Shown here piece after piece: positions 35,518-43,127 of a stretch of 43,127 nucleotides of DNA (positions are counted from its first letter, which is position 1; every line of letters starts with the position of its first letter). The stretch is from the IMG/VR virus record IMGVR_UViG_2529293240_000022; one strand, given 5' to 3'. The notes beneath the pieces are model-generated. The model was not told the origin of the DNA. It saw only the letters and a program-made list of their open reading frames with translations, and searched no databases. The stretch is from a virus. Taxonomy: Duplodnaviria; Heunggongvirae; Uroviricota; Caudoviricetes. The position numbers and the translations under genes are program-made.

Positions 35518-38500
35518 ATGGGCAAAGGTGGCGGCAAGGCGCACACACCGCGCGAGGCGAAGGACAATCTCAAATCCACGCAGATGATGAGTGTGATTGA
35601 TGCGATTGGTGAGGGACCGATAGAAGGCCCGGTGAAGGGACTGCAGAGTATCCTGGTGAACAAAACCCCGCTGACGGACACGGACGGTAATCCCGTGATA
35701 CACGGTGTGACCGCGGTCTGGCGTGCCGGGGAGCAGGAGCAGACACCACCGGAAGGCTTTGAGTCCTCCGGAGCTGAAACCGGACTGGGCGTGGAAGTGA
35801 CGAAGGCAAAGCCGGTAACGCGCACCATTACATCCGCGAACATTGACCGCCTGCGGGTCACCTTCGGGGTGCAGTCACTGTTGGAGACCACCTCAAAGGG
35901 CGACCGTAATCCCTCTTCTGTCCGGCTGCTGATTCAGTTGCAGCGTAACGGTAACTGGGTGACGGAAAAGGATGTCACCATTAACGGCAAGACCACCTCA
36001 CAGTACCTGGCGTCGGTGATTCTGGATAATCTGCCTCCCCGTCCTTTTAACATCCGGATGGTCCGGGAGACGGCGGACAGCACCACGGACCAGCTGCAGA
36101 ACAGAACGCTGTGGTCGTCATACACCGAAATCATCGATGTGAAACAGTGCTACCCGAACACGGCGATTGTGGGGCTGCAGGTGGATGCGGAGCAGTTTGG
36201 CGGTCAGCAGATGACGGTGAACTACCATATCCGAGGTCGCATCATTCAGGTACCGTCAAACTATGACCCGGAAAAACGCACTTACAGCGGTATCTGGGAC
36301 GGCAGCCTGAAGCCGGCATACAGCAACAACCCGGCCTGGTGCCTGTGGGACATGCTGACTCACCCGCGCTACGGCATGGGAAAACGTCTGGGGGCGGCGG
36401 ATGTTGACAAGTGGGCGCTGTATGCCATCGGGCAGTACTGCGACCAGACGGTCCCGGATGGTTTCGGGGGCACAGAGCCGCGGATGACCTTTAATGCGTA
36501 CCTGTCACAACAGCGTAAGGCGTGGGACGTTCTCAGTGATTTCTGCTCTGCGATGCGCTGTATGCCGGTATGGAACGGTCAGACGCTGACGTTTGTTCAG
36601 GACCGCCCGTCGGATGTGGTGTGGCCGTACACCAGCAGCGATGTGGTGGTGGATGATAACGGCGTGGGGTTCCGCTACAGCTTCAGTGCCCTGAAGGACC
36701 GGCACACGGCGGTGGAGGTGAATTACACCGACCCGCAGAACGGCTGGCAGACCTCCACGGAACTGGTGGAAGACCCGGAAGCCATACTGCGCTACGGGCG
36801 CAACCTGCTGAAGATGGATGCGTTCGGCTGCACCAGTCGCGGTCAGGCCCACCGTGCCGGGCTGTGGGTGATAAAGACCGGACTGCTGGAAACGCAGACG
36901 GTGGATTTCACGCTCGGGTCACAGGGGCTGCGTCACACACCCGGTGACATTATTGAAATCTGTGATAATGACTATGCCGGGACCATGACCGGCGGACGTG
37001 TCCTGTACATCGATGCCGCCAGCCGCACCCTGACACTGGACCGTGAGGTGACCCTGCCGGAGACAGGTGCCGCCACGGTGAACCTGATTAACGGCAGCGG
37101 TAAGCCGGTGAGTGTGGACATCACTGCACACCCCGCGCCGGACCGGATACAGGTCAGCACCCTGCCTGATGGTGTGGAGACATACGGTGTATGGGGACTC
37201 TCCCTGCCGTCACTGCGTCGTCGCCTGTTCCGCTGTGTCTCCATCCGGGAAAACACGGACGGCACCTTTGCCATCACGGCGGTGCAGCACGTACCGGAAA
37301 AAGAAGCCATCGTGGATAACGGGGCCAGCTTTGAGCCGCAGTCAGGCACCCTGAACAGCGTTATTCCACCGGCAGTGCAGCACCTGACGGTGGAGGTGAG
37401 CGCGGCTGACGGTCAGTATCTGGCACAGGCGAAATGGGACACGCCGAGGGTGGTGAAGGGCGTGCGCTTCAGTCTGCGCCTGACCAGTGGAAGCGGTGAG
37501 AACAGCCGCCTGCTGACCACCGCCATCACTGCCGATACGGAGCACCGTTTCAGTGGCCTGCCTCTCGGGGAATACACCCTGACGGTCAGGGCGATTAACA
37601 GCTATGGCCAGCAGGGCGAACCCGCCACCACCACGTTCCGGATTAACGCACCGGCAGCGCCTGCCGGTGTTGAACTGACGCCGGGGTATTTTCAGATAAC
37701 GGCAGTCCCGAAACTGACCATTTATGACCCGACGGTGCAGTTTGAGTTCTGGTTTTCGGAGGCAAAAATTGCAGACGCCGCACAGGTGGAAACCTCTGCC
37801 CGTTATCTGGGGACCGGCAGTCAGTGGAGTGTATCCGGCCCGCACATTAAGCCCGGGAAGGATTTCTGGTTTTACGTGCGCAGCGTCAACCTGGTGGGGA
37901 AATCTGCGTTTGTGGAAGTCAGCGGGCAGCCCAGCAATGATGGTGAAGGGTATCTGGAATTTTTCCGGGAAAAAATAGGAAAACTGCATCTGGCTCAGGG
38001 GCTGTGGGAGCTGATAGACAACAGCCAGCTTGCGGATGAGATGGCGGAGATGAAGACCACCATCACCGAAACCCGCAATGAAATCACACAGACGGTCAGT
38101 AAAACGCTGGAGGACCAGAGCGCCACCATACAGCAGATACAGCGCGTGCAGAAGGACACAAATGATGACCTGACTGCGCTGTACATGCTGAAGGTTCAAA
38201 AAACGAAAGACGGCATTCCCTATGTGGCCGGGATTGGTGCAGGGATTGAGGATACTGATGGCCAGCCACTGAGCAACATACTGCTGCTGGCTGACCGTAT
38301 CGCGATGATAAATCCGGAGAGCGGCAACAGCACTCCGTTATTTGTGGCGCAGGGGAATCAGCTGTTCATGAACGACGTGTTCCTGAAGCGTCTGTTTGCG
38401 GCGAGTATCACGTCATCCGGCAACCCCCCGACGTTTTCCCTGACGCCGGAAGGGAAGCTGACAGCCAGGAACGCGGATATCAGCGGAGCAATTACCGCGA

Positions 38501-38994
38501 ATACCGGCACGCTCAATAATGTCACCATTAACGAGAACTGTGTCATCAGAGGGAAACTGTCTGCAAACCAGATTGAAGGCGACCTGGTGAAGACGGTGGG
38601 GAAAGCCTTTCCCCGGAATAACAGTTATGCCAGCGGTACGGTAACCGTCACAGTTTACGATGACCAGGGCTTCGACCGGCAGATTATCATTCCCCCGGTG
38701 CTGTTTCGCGGGACGAAACACCAGAATTTCAACAGCCCGAATCAGCAGTCGTACTGGTATTCCACCTGTAAGCTGCAGGTGCTGAAGAACGGGGTTGAGA
38801 TTTTCCATGAACCGGCAACGGATGTCAGCCGGGTGTTCTCATCGGTGATAGATATGCCGGCAGGGCGGGGTCATGTCACCCTGACGTTTAATGTGTCGTC
38901 GGCCGGTGCGAACAACTGGACGCCGACAACGTACATCAGTGATTTACTGGTTGTGGTCATGAAAAAATCCACAGCAGGGATCAGTATCAGCTGA
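35518..38994 (+). CDS. J: Central tail fibre / host-specificity protein gpJ
   Basis: strong lambda J similarity from [22 protein letters not shown]. Confidence 0.95.
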   Translation: MGKGGGKAHTPREAKDNLKSTQMMSVIDAIGEGPIEGPVKGLQSILVNKTPLTDTDGNPVIHGVTAVWRAGEQEQTPPEGFESSGAETGLGVEVTKAKPVTRTITSANIDRLRVTFGVQSLLETTSKGDRNPSSVRLLIQLQRNGNWVTEKDVTINGKTTSQYLASVILDNLPPRPFNIRMVRETADSTTDQLQNRTLWSSYTEIIDVKQCYPNTAIVGLQVDAEQFGGQQMTVNYHIRGRIIQVPSNYDPEKRTYSGIWDGSLKPAYSNNPAWCLWDMLTHPRYGMGKRLGAADVDKWALYAIGQYCDQTVPDGFGGTEPRMTFNAYLSQQRKAWDVLSDFCSAMRCMPVWNGQTLTFVQDRPSDVVWPYTSSDVVVDDNGVGFRYSFSALKDRHTAVEVNYTDPQNGWQTSTELVEDPEAILRYGRNLLKMDAFGCTSRGQAHRAGLWVIKTGLLETQTVDFTLGSQGLRHTPGDIIEICDNDYAGTMTGGRVLYIDAASRTLTLDREVTLPETGAATVNLINGSGKPVSVDITAHPAPDRIQVSTLPDGVETYGVWGLSLPSLRRRLFRCVSIRENTDGTFAITAVQHVPEKEAIVDNGASFEPQSGTLNSVIPPAVQHLTVEVSAADGQYLAQAKWDTPRVVKGVRFSLRLTSGSGENSRLLTTAITADTEHRFSGLPLGEYTLTVRAINSYGQQGEPATTTFRINAPAAPAGVELTPGYFQITAVPKLTIYDPTVQFEFWFSEAKIADAAQVETSARYLGTGSQWSVSGPHIKPGKDFWFYVRSVNLVGKSAFVEVSGQPSNDGEGYLEFFREKIGKLHLAQGLWELIDNSQLADEMAEMKTTITETRNEITQTVSKTLEDQSATIQQIQRVQKDTNDDLTALYMLKVQKTKDGIPYVAGIGAGIEDTDGQPLSNILLLADRIAMINPESGNSTPLFVAQGNQLFMNDVFLKRLFAASITSSGNPPTFSLTPEGKLTARNADISGAITANTGTLNNVTINENCVIRGKLSANQIEGDLVKTVGKAFPRNNSYASGTVTVTVYDDQGFDRQIIIPPVLFRGTKHQNFNSPNQQSYWYSTCKLQVLKNGVEIFHEPATDVSRVFSSVIDMPAGRGHVTLTFNVSSAGANNWTPTTYISDLLVVVMKKSTAGISIS

Positions 38995-39012
38995 CGGTTT
39001 ATTAACCCGGAC

Positions 39013-39038
39013 GGGCACCTCAGGAGGTGCCTTTTTTA
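39013..39038 (+). terminator. Rho-independent terminator after J
   Basis: stem GGCACC, loop TCAGGA, stem GGTGCC then TTTTTTATT. Confidence 0.65.
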
Positions 39039-39062
39039 TTGACTGAAAACAAAGAGGTAATC

Positions 39063-39686
39063 ATGCGGCATTTATACGCAACGATATTATTGTTTACTAC
39101 CCTGCTGGCAGGAATTGCCTTTCCTGCACAGGCTGAAAGCGGACACGGTGCATTTTCCGTGGGATATGCTCAGGTTCACCCGGGCGGCGTACCGGCATTG
39201 TCCGGTACCGGTGCGCGTGCAGGTGATTTAAAAGGGATTAATGTGAAATACCGTTATGAGTTCACGGATCACCTGGGCGGCATTGTCGCGCTGAGTTATG
39301 CATCGGTGAAGAAAAGTGACACGATGAAGACGGGTGAAAATACCTTCCATTATGAAAGCCTGCGCGGTCGTTATGTCAGTCTGATGGCCGGCCCTGTCTG
39401 GCAGCTCAGTGAGCGGGTCAGTCTCTATGGCATGGCCGGGATGGCGTACACCCGCTGGTCTGACAGTGTTCAGGATTACCGGCGTGATGAAGTGAAACCG
39501 GGGTATGTGAAGGAGACCACCACCGCCAGTGATGGTCATACTGCGCGTCATCTGTCGCCGGCCTGGAATGCCGGGATTCAGTTCAGTCCCGTAGAGACGG
39601 TGGTTATTGACCTTGCTTATGAAGGTTCCGGCAGTGGCGACTGGCGCACTGACGGTTTCATCGTGGGTGTCGGCTATAAATTCTGA
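39063..39686 (+). CDS. lom: Lom-like outer-membrane beta-barrel protein (Ail/Lom/PagC family)
   Basis: signal peptide, lambda Lom-like sequence ending ...GFIVGVGYKF; TTGACT -35-like box upstream. Confidence 0.85.
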   Translation: MRHLYATILLFTTLLAGIAFPAQAESGHGAFSVGYAQVHPGGVPALSGTGARAGDLKGINVKYRYEFTDHLGGIVALSYASVKKSDTMKTGENTFHYESLRGRYVSLMAGPVWQLSERVSLYGMAGMAYTRWSDSVQDYRRDEVKPGYVKETTTASDGHTARHLSPAWNAGIQFSPVETVVIDLAYEGSGSGDWRTDGFIVGVGYKF

Positions 39687-39713
39687 TTAGCCAGGTAACA
39701 CAGTGTTATGACA

Positions 39714-39740
39714 GCCCGCCGGCTCAGGCGGGCTTTTTTG
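39714..39740 (+). terminator. Rho-independent terminator after lom
   Basis: stem GCCCGCC, loop GGCTCAG, stem GCGGGC then TTTTTTG. Confidence 0.65.
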
Positions 39741-39750
39741 TGGGGTGAAT

Positions 39751-42543
39751 ATGGCAGTAAAGATTTCAGGTGTGCTGAAAGACGGCACAGGAAAACCGGT
39801 AGAGAACTGCACCATTCAACTGAAAGCCAGACGGACCAGCAGCACGGTGGTGGTGAACACGGTGGCCTCTGAAAATCCGGATGAAGCCGGACGTTACAGC
39901 ATGGATGTTGAGCATGGTCAGTACAGCGTCACCCTGCTGGTTGAAGGTTTTCCGCCTTCACATGCCGGGACCATCACCGTGTATGAAGATTCCCGACCCG
40001 GTACGCTGAATGATTTTCTCGGTGCCATGACGGAGGATGATGCCCGTCCTGAGGCACTGCGCCGTTTTGAACTGATGGTGGAAGAGGTGGCGCGTAACGC
40101 GTCCGCGGTGGCACAGAACACGGCAGCCGCGAAGAAGTCAGCCAGCGATGCCAGCATATCTGCCAGTGAGGCGGCAACCCATGCGACTGATGCTGCAGGC
40201 TCAGCACGTGCAGCCAGCACATCAGCCGGGCAGGCCGCGACGTCGGCTCAGTCAGCGTCTTCCAGCGCAGGAACGGCATCAACAAAGGCTACTGAAGCAT
40301 CAAAAAGTGCTGCCGCTGCAGAGTCCTCAAAAAGCGCGGCGGCTACCAGTGCCGGTGCGGCGAAAACGTCAGAAACGAATGCGGCAGCGTCACAACAATC
40401 AGCAGCCACTTCTGCATCCACCGCGACCACGAAAGCGTCAGAAGCAGCCACTTCAGCACGGGATGCGGCGGCCTCAAAAGAGGCAGCGAAGACATCCGAA
40501 ACGAACGCGAAAGCCTCGGAAACCAGCGCAGAATCCTCAAAAACGGCTGCCGCATCGTCCGCCAGTTCGGCGGCGTCATCGGCATCATCTGCGTCTGCTT
40601 CAAAAGATGAGGCGACCAGACAGGCGTCAGCAGCAAAGGGCAGCGCCACGACGGCATCCACGAAGGCGACAGAGGCAGCTGGCAGTGCGACGGCGGCAGC
40701 TCAGAGCAAAAGTACGGCGGAATCCGCGGCAACGCGCGCCGAGACAGCGGCAAAACGGGCAGAGGATATTGCATCCGCCGTGGCGCTTGAGGATGCGAGC
40801 ACGACGAAAAAGGGGATAGTACAGCTCAGCAGTGCAACCAACAGCACATCTGAAACGCTTGCCGCGACACCGAAGGCAGTTAAAGCAGCGAATGACAATG
40901 CGAATGGCAGGGTACCATCTAACCGAAAAGTTAACGGGAAAGCACTGACTGCGGATATAACATTAACACCGAAAGATATTGGCACTTTAAATTCAGTAAC
41001 GATCTCTTTCTCTGGCGGGGCAGGGTGGTTCAAACTGGCAACGGTTACCATGCCACAAGCGAGTTCCATCGTTTACATCGCATTGATTGGTGGCGCTGGA
41101 TTTAACGTGGGGGCACCTCAACAGGCAGGTATATCTGAACTGGTTCTACGAGCAGGCAATGGAAACCCCAAAGGGATTACCGGAGCTTTGTGGAAGCGTA
41201 CAGCCGTCGGATTAACGAATTTCGCCTGGATCAACACATCCGGCGATATATATGATATTTACGTTGAGATTGGCAATTATGCGACGAGTGTAAATATCCA
41301 TTGGGATTGTACTACAAATGCGTCAGTTTCTATTTATACCTCGCTAACATATTCAGCGAGTAAGCCTTCCAGCGTTACCGATGGTGTTGTTTATACGATG
41401 TATAGCTCACATCAGAAACCTACACCATCAGATATTGGAGCGCTGCCAACAACTGGAGGGACTATTTCAGGTCCGTTGTCTGTTACTGATGGGATCACCG
41501 GGGCACTGAAGGGGAACGCCGATACCGCGACGAAACTTGCGGCAGACCCAAAAATTAACGGTGTTAAGTTTGATGGCTCGGCGGATATTAACCTCACGCC
41601 GGAAAATATTGGTGCATTTGCCCGACGTTCGACGGGGGCTTATGCGGATTCGGATGGAGCCGTTCCCTGGAATGCCGAATCAGGCGCTTACAATGTCACC
41701 CGCTCTGGCGACAGCTATATTCTGGTTAACTTCTATACCGGAGTCGGAAGTTGCCGGACCTTGCAGATGAAGGCGCATTACAGAAATGGTGGTCTGTTCT
41801 ACCGTTCTTCAAGAGACGGTTATGGTTTTGAGGAAGACTGGGCAGAAGTTTATACCTCGAAAAATCTTCCACCAGAAAGCTACCCAGTCGGCGCACCAAT
41901 CCCGTGGCCATCAGATACCGTTCCGTCTGGTTATGCCCTGATGCAGGGGCAGACTTTTGACAAATCTGCTTACCCGAAACTTGCAGCTGCTTATCCGTCA
42001 GGCGTGATCCCTGATATGCGTGGCTGGACGATTAAGGGCAAACCTGCCAGTGGTCGAGCCGTATTATCTCAGGAACAGGACGGCATTAAATCGCACACCC
42101 ACAGCGCCAGTGCATCCAGTACGGATTTGGGGACGAAAACCACGTCGTCGTTTGATTATGGTACTAAGTCTTCAAATGCCACTGGTGACCATAACCACAG
42201 CCGAGGCACTATGGAAATTACTGGTACTCTCGGTTACTTCAGAAGTGATAGCGGTAATTTCTATACAGCAAGTGGAGCATTTACACTGGGTGGCTCTGCG
42301 CCAGCCCATGGATTTACGGGCTCTCAATTTACTTATGGTGTTCCTGTAAACTTTAACGCTTCCAGAACCTGGTCTGGTGCCACAAGCACTACAGGTAACC
42401 ATGCGCACTCTGTTCCAATTGGTGCTCATGCGCACTCCGTTGCGATTGGTTCACATGGACACACCATCACCGTTAACGCTGCTGGTAACGCGGAAAACAC
42501 CGTCAAAAACATCGCATTTAACTATATTGTGAGGCTTGCATAA
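39751..42543 (+). CDS. stf: Side tail fibre protein (Stf-like), long Ala/Ser/Thr-rich low-complexity shaft and His-rich C-terminal tip
   Basis: 931 aa; C-terminus [27 protein letters not shown]; followed by tfa. Confidence 0.8.
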   Translation: MAVKISGVLKDGTGKPVENCTIQLKARRTSSTVVVNTVASENPDEAGRYSMDVEHGQYSVTLLVEGFPPSHAGTITVYEDSRPGTLNDFLGAMTEDDARPEALRRFELMVEEVARNASAVAQNTAAAKKSASDASISASEAATHATDAAGSARAASTSAGQAATSAQSASSSAGTASTKATEASKSAAAAESSKSAAATSAGAAKTSETNAAASQQSAATSASTATTKASEAATSARDAAASKEAAKTSETNAKASETSAESSKTAAASSASSAASSASSASASKDEATRQASAAKGSATTASTKATEAAGSATAAAQSKSTAESAATRAETAAKRAEDIASAVALEDASTTKKGIVQLSSATNSTSETLAATPKAVKAANDNANGRVPSNRKVNGKALTADITLTPKDIGTLNSVTISFSGGAGWFKLATVTMPQASSIVYIALIGGAGFNVGAPQQAGISELVLRAGNGNPKGITGALWKRTAVGLTNFAWINTSGDIYDIYVEIGNYATSVNIHWDCTTNASVSIYTSLTYSASKPSSVTDGVVYTMYSSHQKPTPSDIGALPTTGGTISGPLSVTDGITGALKGNADTATKLAADPKINGVKFDGSADINLTPENIGAFARRSTGAYADSDGAVPWNAESGAYNVTRSGDSYILVNFYTGVGSCRTLQMKAHYRNGGLFYRSSRDGYGFEEDWAEVYTSKNLPPESYPVGAPIPWPSDTVPSGYALMQGQTFDKSAYPKLAAAYPSGVIPDMRGWTIKGKPASGRAVLSQEQDGIKSHTHSASASSTDLGTKTTSSFDYGTKSSNATGDHNHSRGTMEITGTLGYFRSDSGNFYTASGAFTLGGSAPAHGFTGSQFTYGVPVNFNASRTWSGATSTTGNHAHSVPIGAHAHSVAIGSHGHTITVNAAGNAENTVKNIAFNYIVRLA

Positions 42544-43127
42544 TGGCATTCAGAATGAGTGAACAACCACGGACCATAAAAATTTATAATCTGCTGGCCG
42601 GAACTAATGAATTTATTGGTGAAGGTGACGCATATATTCCGCCTCATACAGGTCTGCCTGCAAACAGTACCGATATTGCACCGTTAGATATTCCGGCAGG
42701 CTTCGTGGCTGTTTTCAACAGTGATGAGTCATCGTGGCATCTCTTTGAAGACCATCGGGGTAAAACGGTTTATGACGTGGCTTCCGGCGACGCGTTATTT
42801 ATTTCTGAACTCGGTCCGTTACCGGAAAATGTTACCTGGTTATCGCCGGAAGGGGAGTTTCAGAAGTGGAACGGCACAGCCTGGGTGAAGGATACGGAAG
42901 CAGAAAAACTGTTCCGGATCCGGGAGGCGGAAGAAACAAAAAACAACCTGATGCAGGTAGCCAGTGAGCATATTGCGCCGCTTCAGGATGCTGCAGATCT
43001 GGAAATTGCAACGGAGGAAGAAACCTCATTGCTGGAAGCCTGGAAAAAGTATCGGGTGTTGCTGAACCGTGTTGATACATCAACTGCACCTGATATTGAG
43101 TGGCCTACGAACCCTGTCAGGGAGTAA
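42543..43127 (+). CDS. tfa: Tail fibre assembly protein (Tfa)
   Basis: 194-aa translation typical of lambdoid Tfa; TAATG overlap with stf. Confidence 0.8.
   Translation: MAFRMSEQPRTIKIYNLLAGTNEFIGEGDAYIPPHTGLPANSTDIAPLDIPAGFVAVFNSDESSWHLFEDHRGKTVYDVASGDALFISELGPLPENVTWLSPEGEFQKWNGTAWVKDTEAEKLFRIREAEETKNNLMQVASEHIAPLQDAADLEIATEEETSLLEAWKKYRVLLNRVDTSTAPDIEWPTNPVRE

Noticed and set aside
37342-38199. 285-aa minus-strand ORF
   Set aside because: Antisense within gpJ; regarded as a spurious frame.
40148-40819. 223-aa Arg/Pro/Gln-rich ORF and several minus-strand ORFs in 40000-41000
   Set aside because: Alternative frames of the low-complexity Ala/Ser-coding repeat tract of stf; not independent genes and not a CRISPR array (repeats are irregular and coding).
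1-43127. CRISPR arrays, integrase and att sites, reverse transcriptase or retron elements
   Set aside because: No regularly spaced direct repeats, and no integrase or reverse-transcriptase-like ORF in the window; the prophage ends presumably lie outside it.

Overview
The window is almost an entire lambdoid prophage of an Escherichia/Shigella-type host, running from the early-left operon to the tail-fibre assembly gene, and it looks defective. All calls rest on reading the supplied ORF translations and the DNA by eye; no database search was run. Order along the + strand: early-left genes on the minus strand (yfdR/yfdQ/yfdP-like, interrupted by an IS3-family element); an immunity region (cI-like S24 repressor, cro-like, YdaT/CII-like) with repeated TTGCG-N5-TGCAA operator motifs; two tandem, mosaic Rha-family genes; a replication module; a nin-like region (Dam-family methyltransferase, RusA, KilA-N, DUF968-like, Q antiterminator); a Q-proximal cargo region of the kind seen in Stx phages (tR'-like terminator, small winged-helix protein, beta-class DNA methyltransferase, three tRNAs, NanS-p-like esterase) but with no stx genes; an IS2 inserted exactly into the loop of a terminator hairpin upstream of the lysis cassette; a phage-21/DLP12-type lysis cassette (pinholin, SAR endolysin, Rz/Rz1) carrying an unknown 114-aa gene; a lambda-like cos site; and a lambda-like head and tail gene set from Nu1 through J, then lom, stf and tfa. 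The head protease/scaffold gene C has an internal deletion with frameshift. I could not pin down one definitive novel system. The best candidates are the ~600-nt ORF-free early-left leader with a 15-bp perfect inverted repeat, the Q-proximal wHTH + methyltransferase + tRNA + esterase module, and the unknown gene between holin and endolysin.
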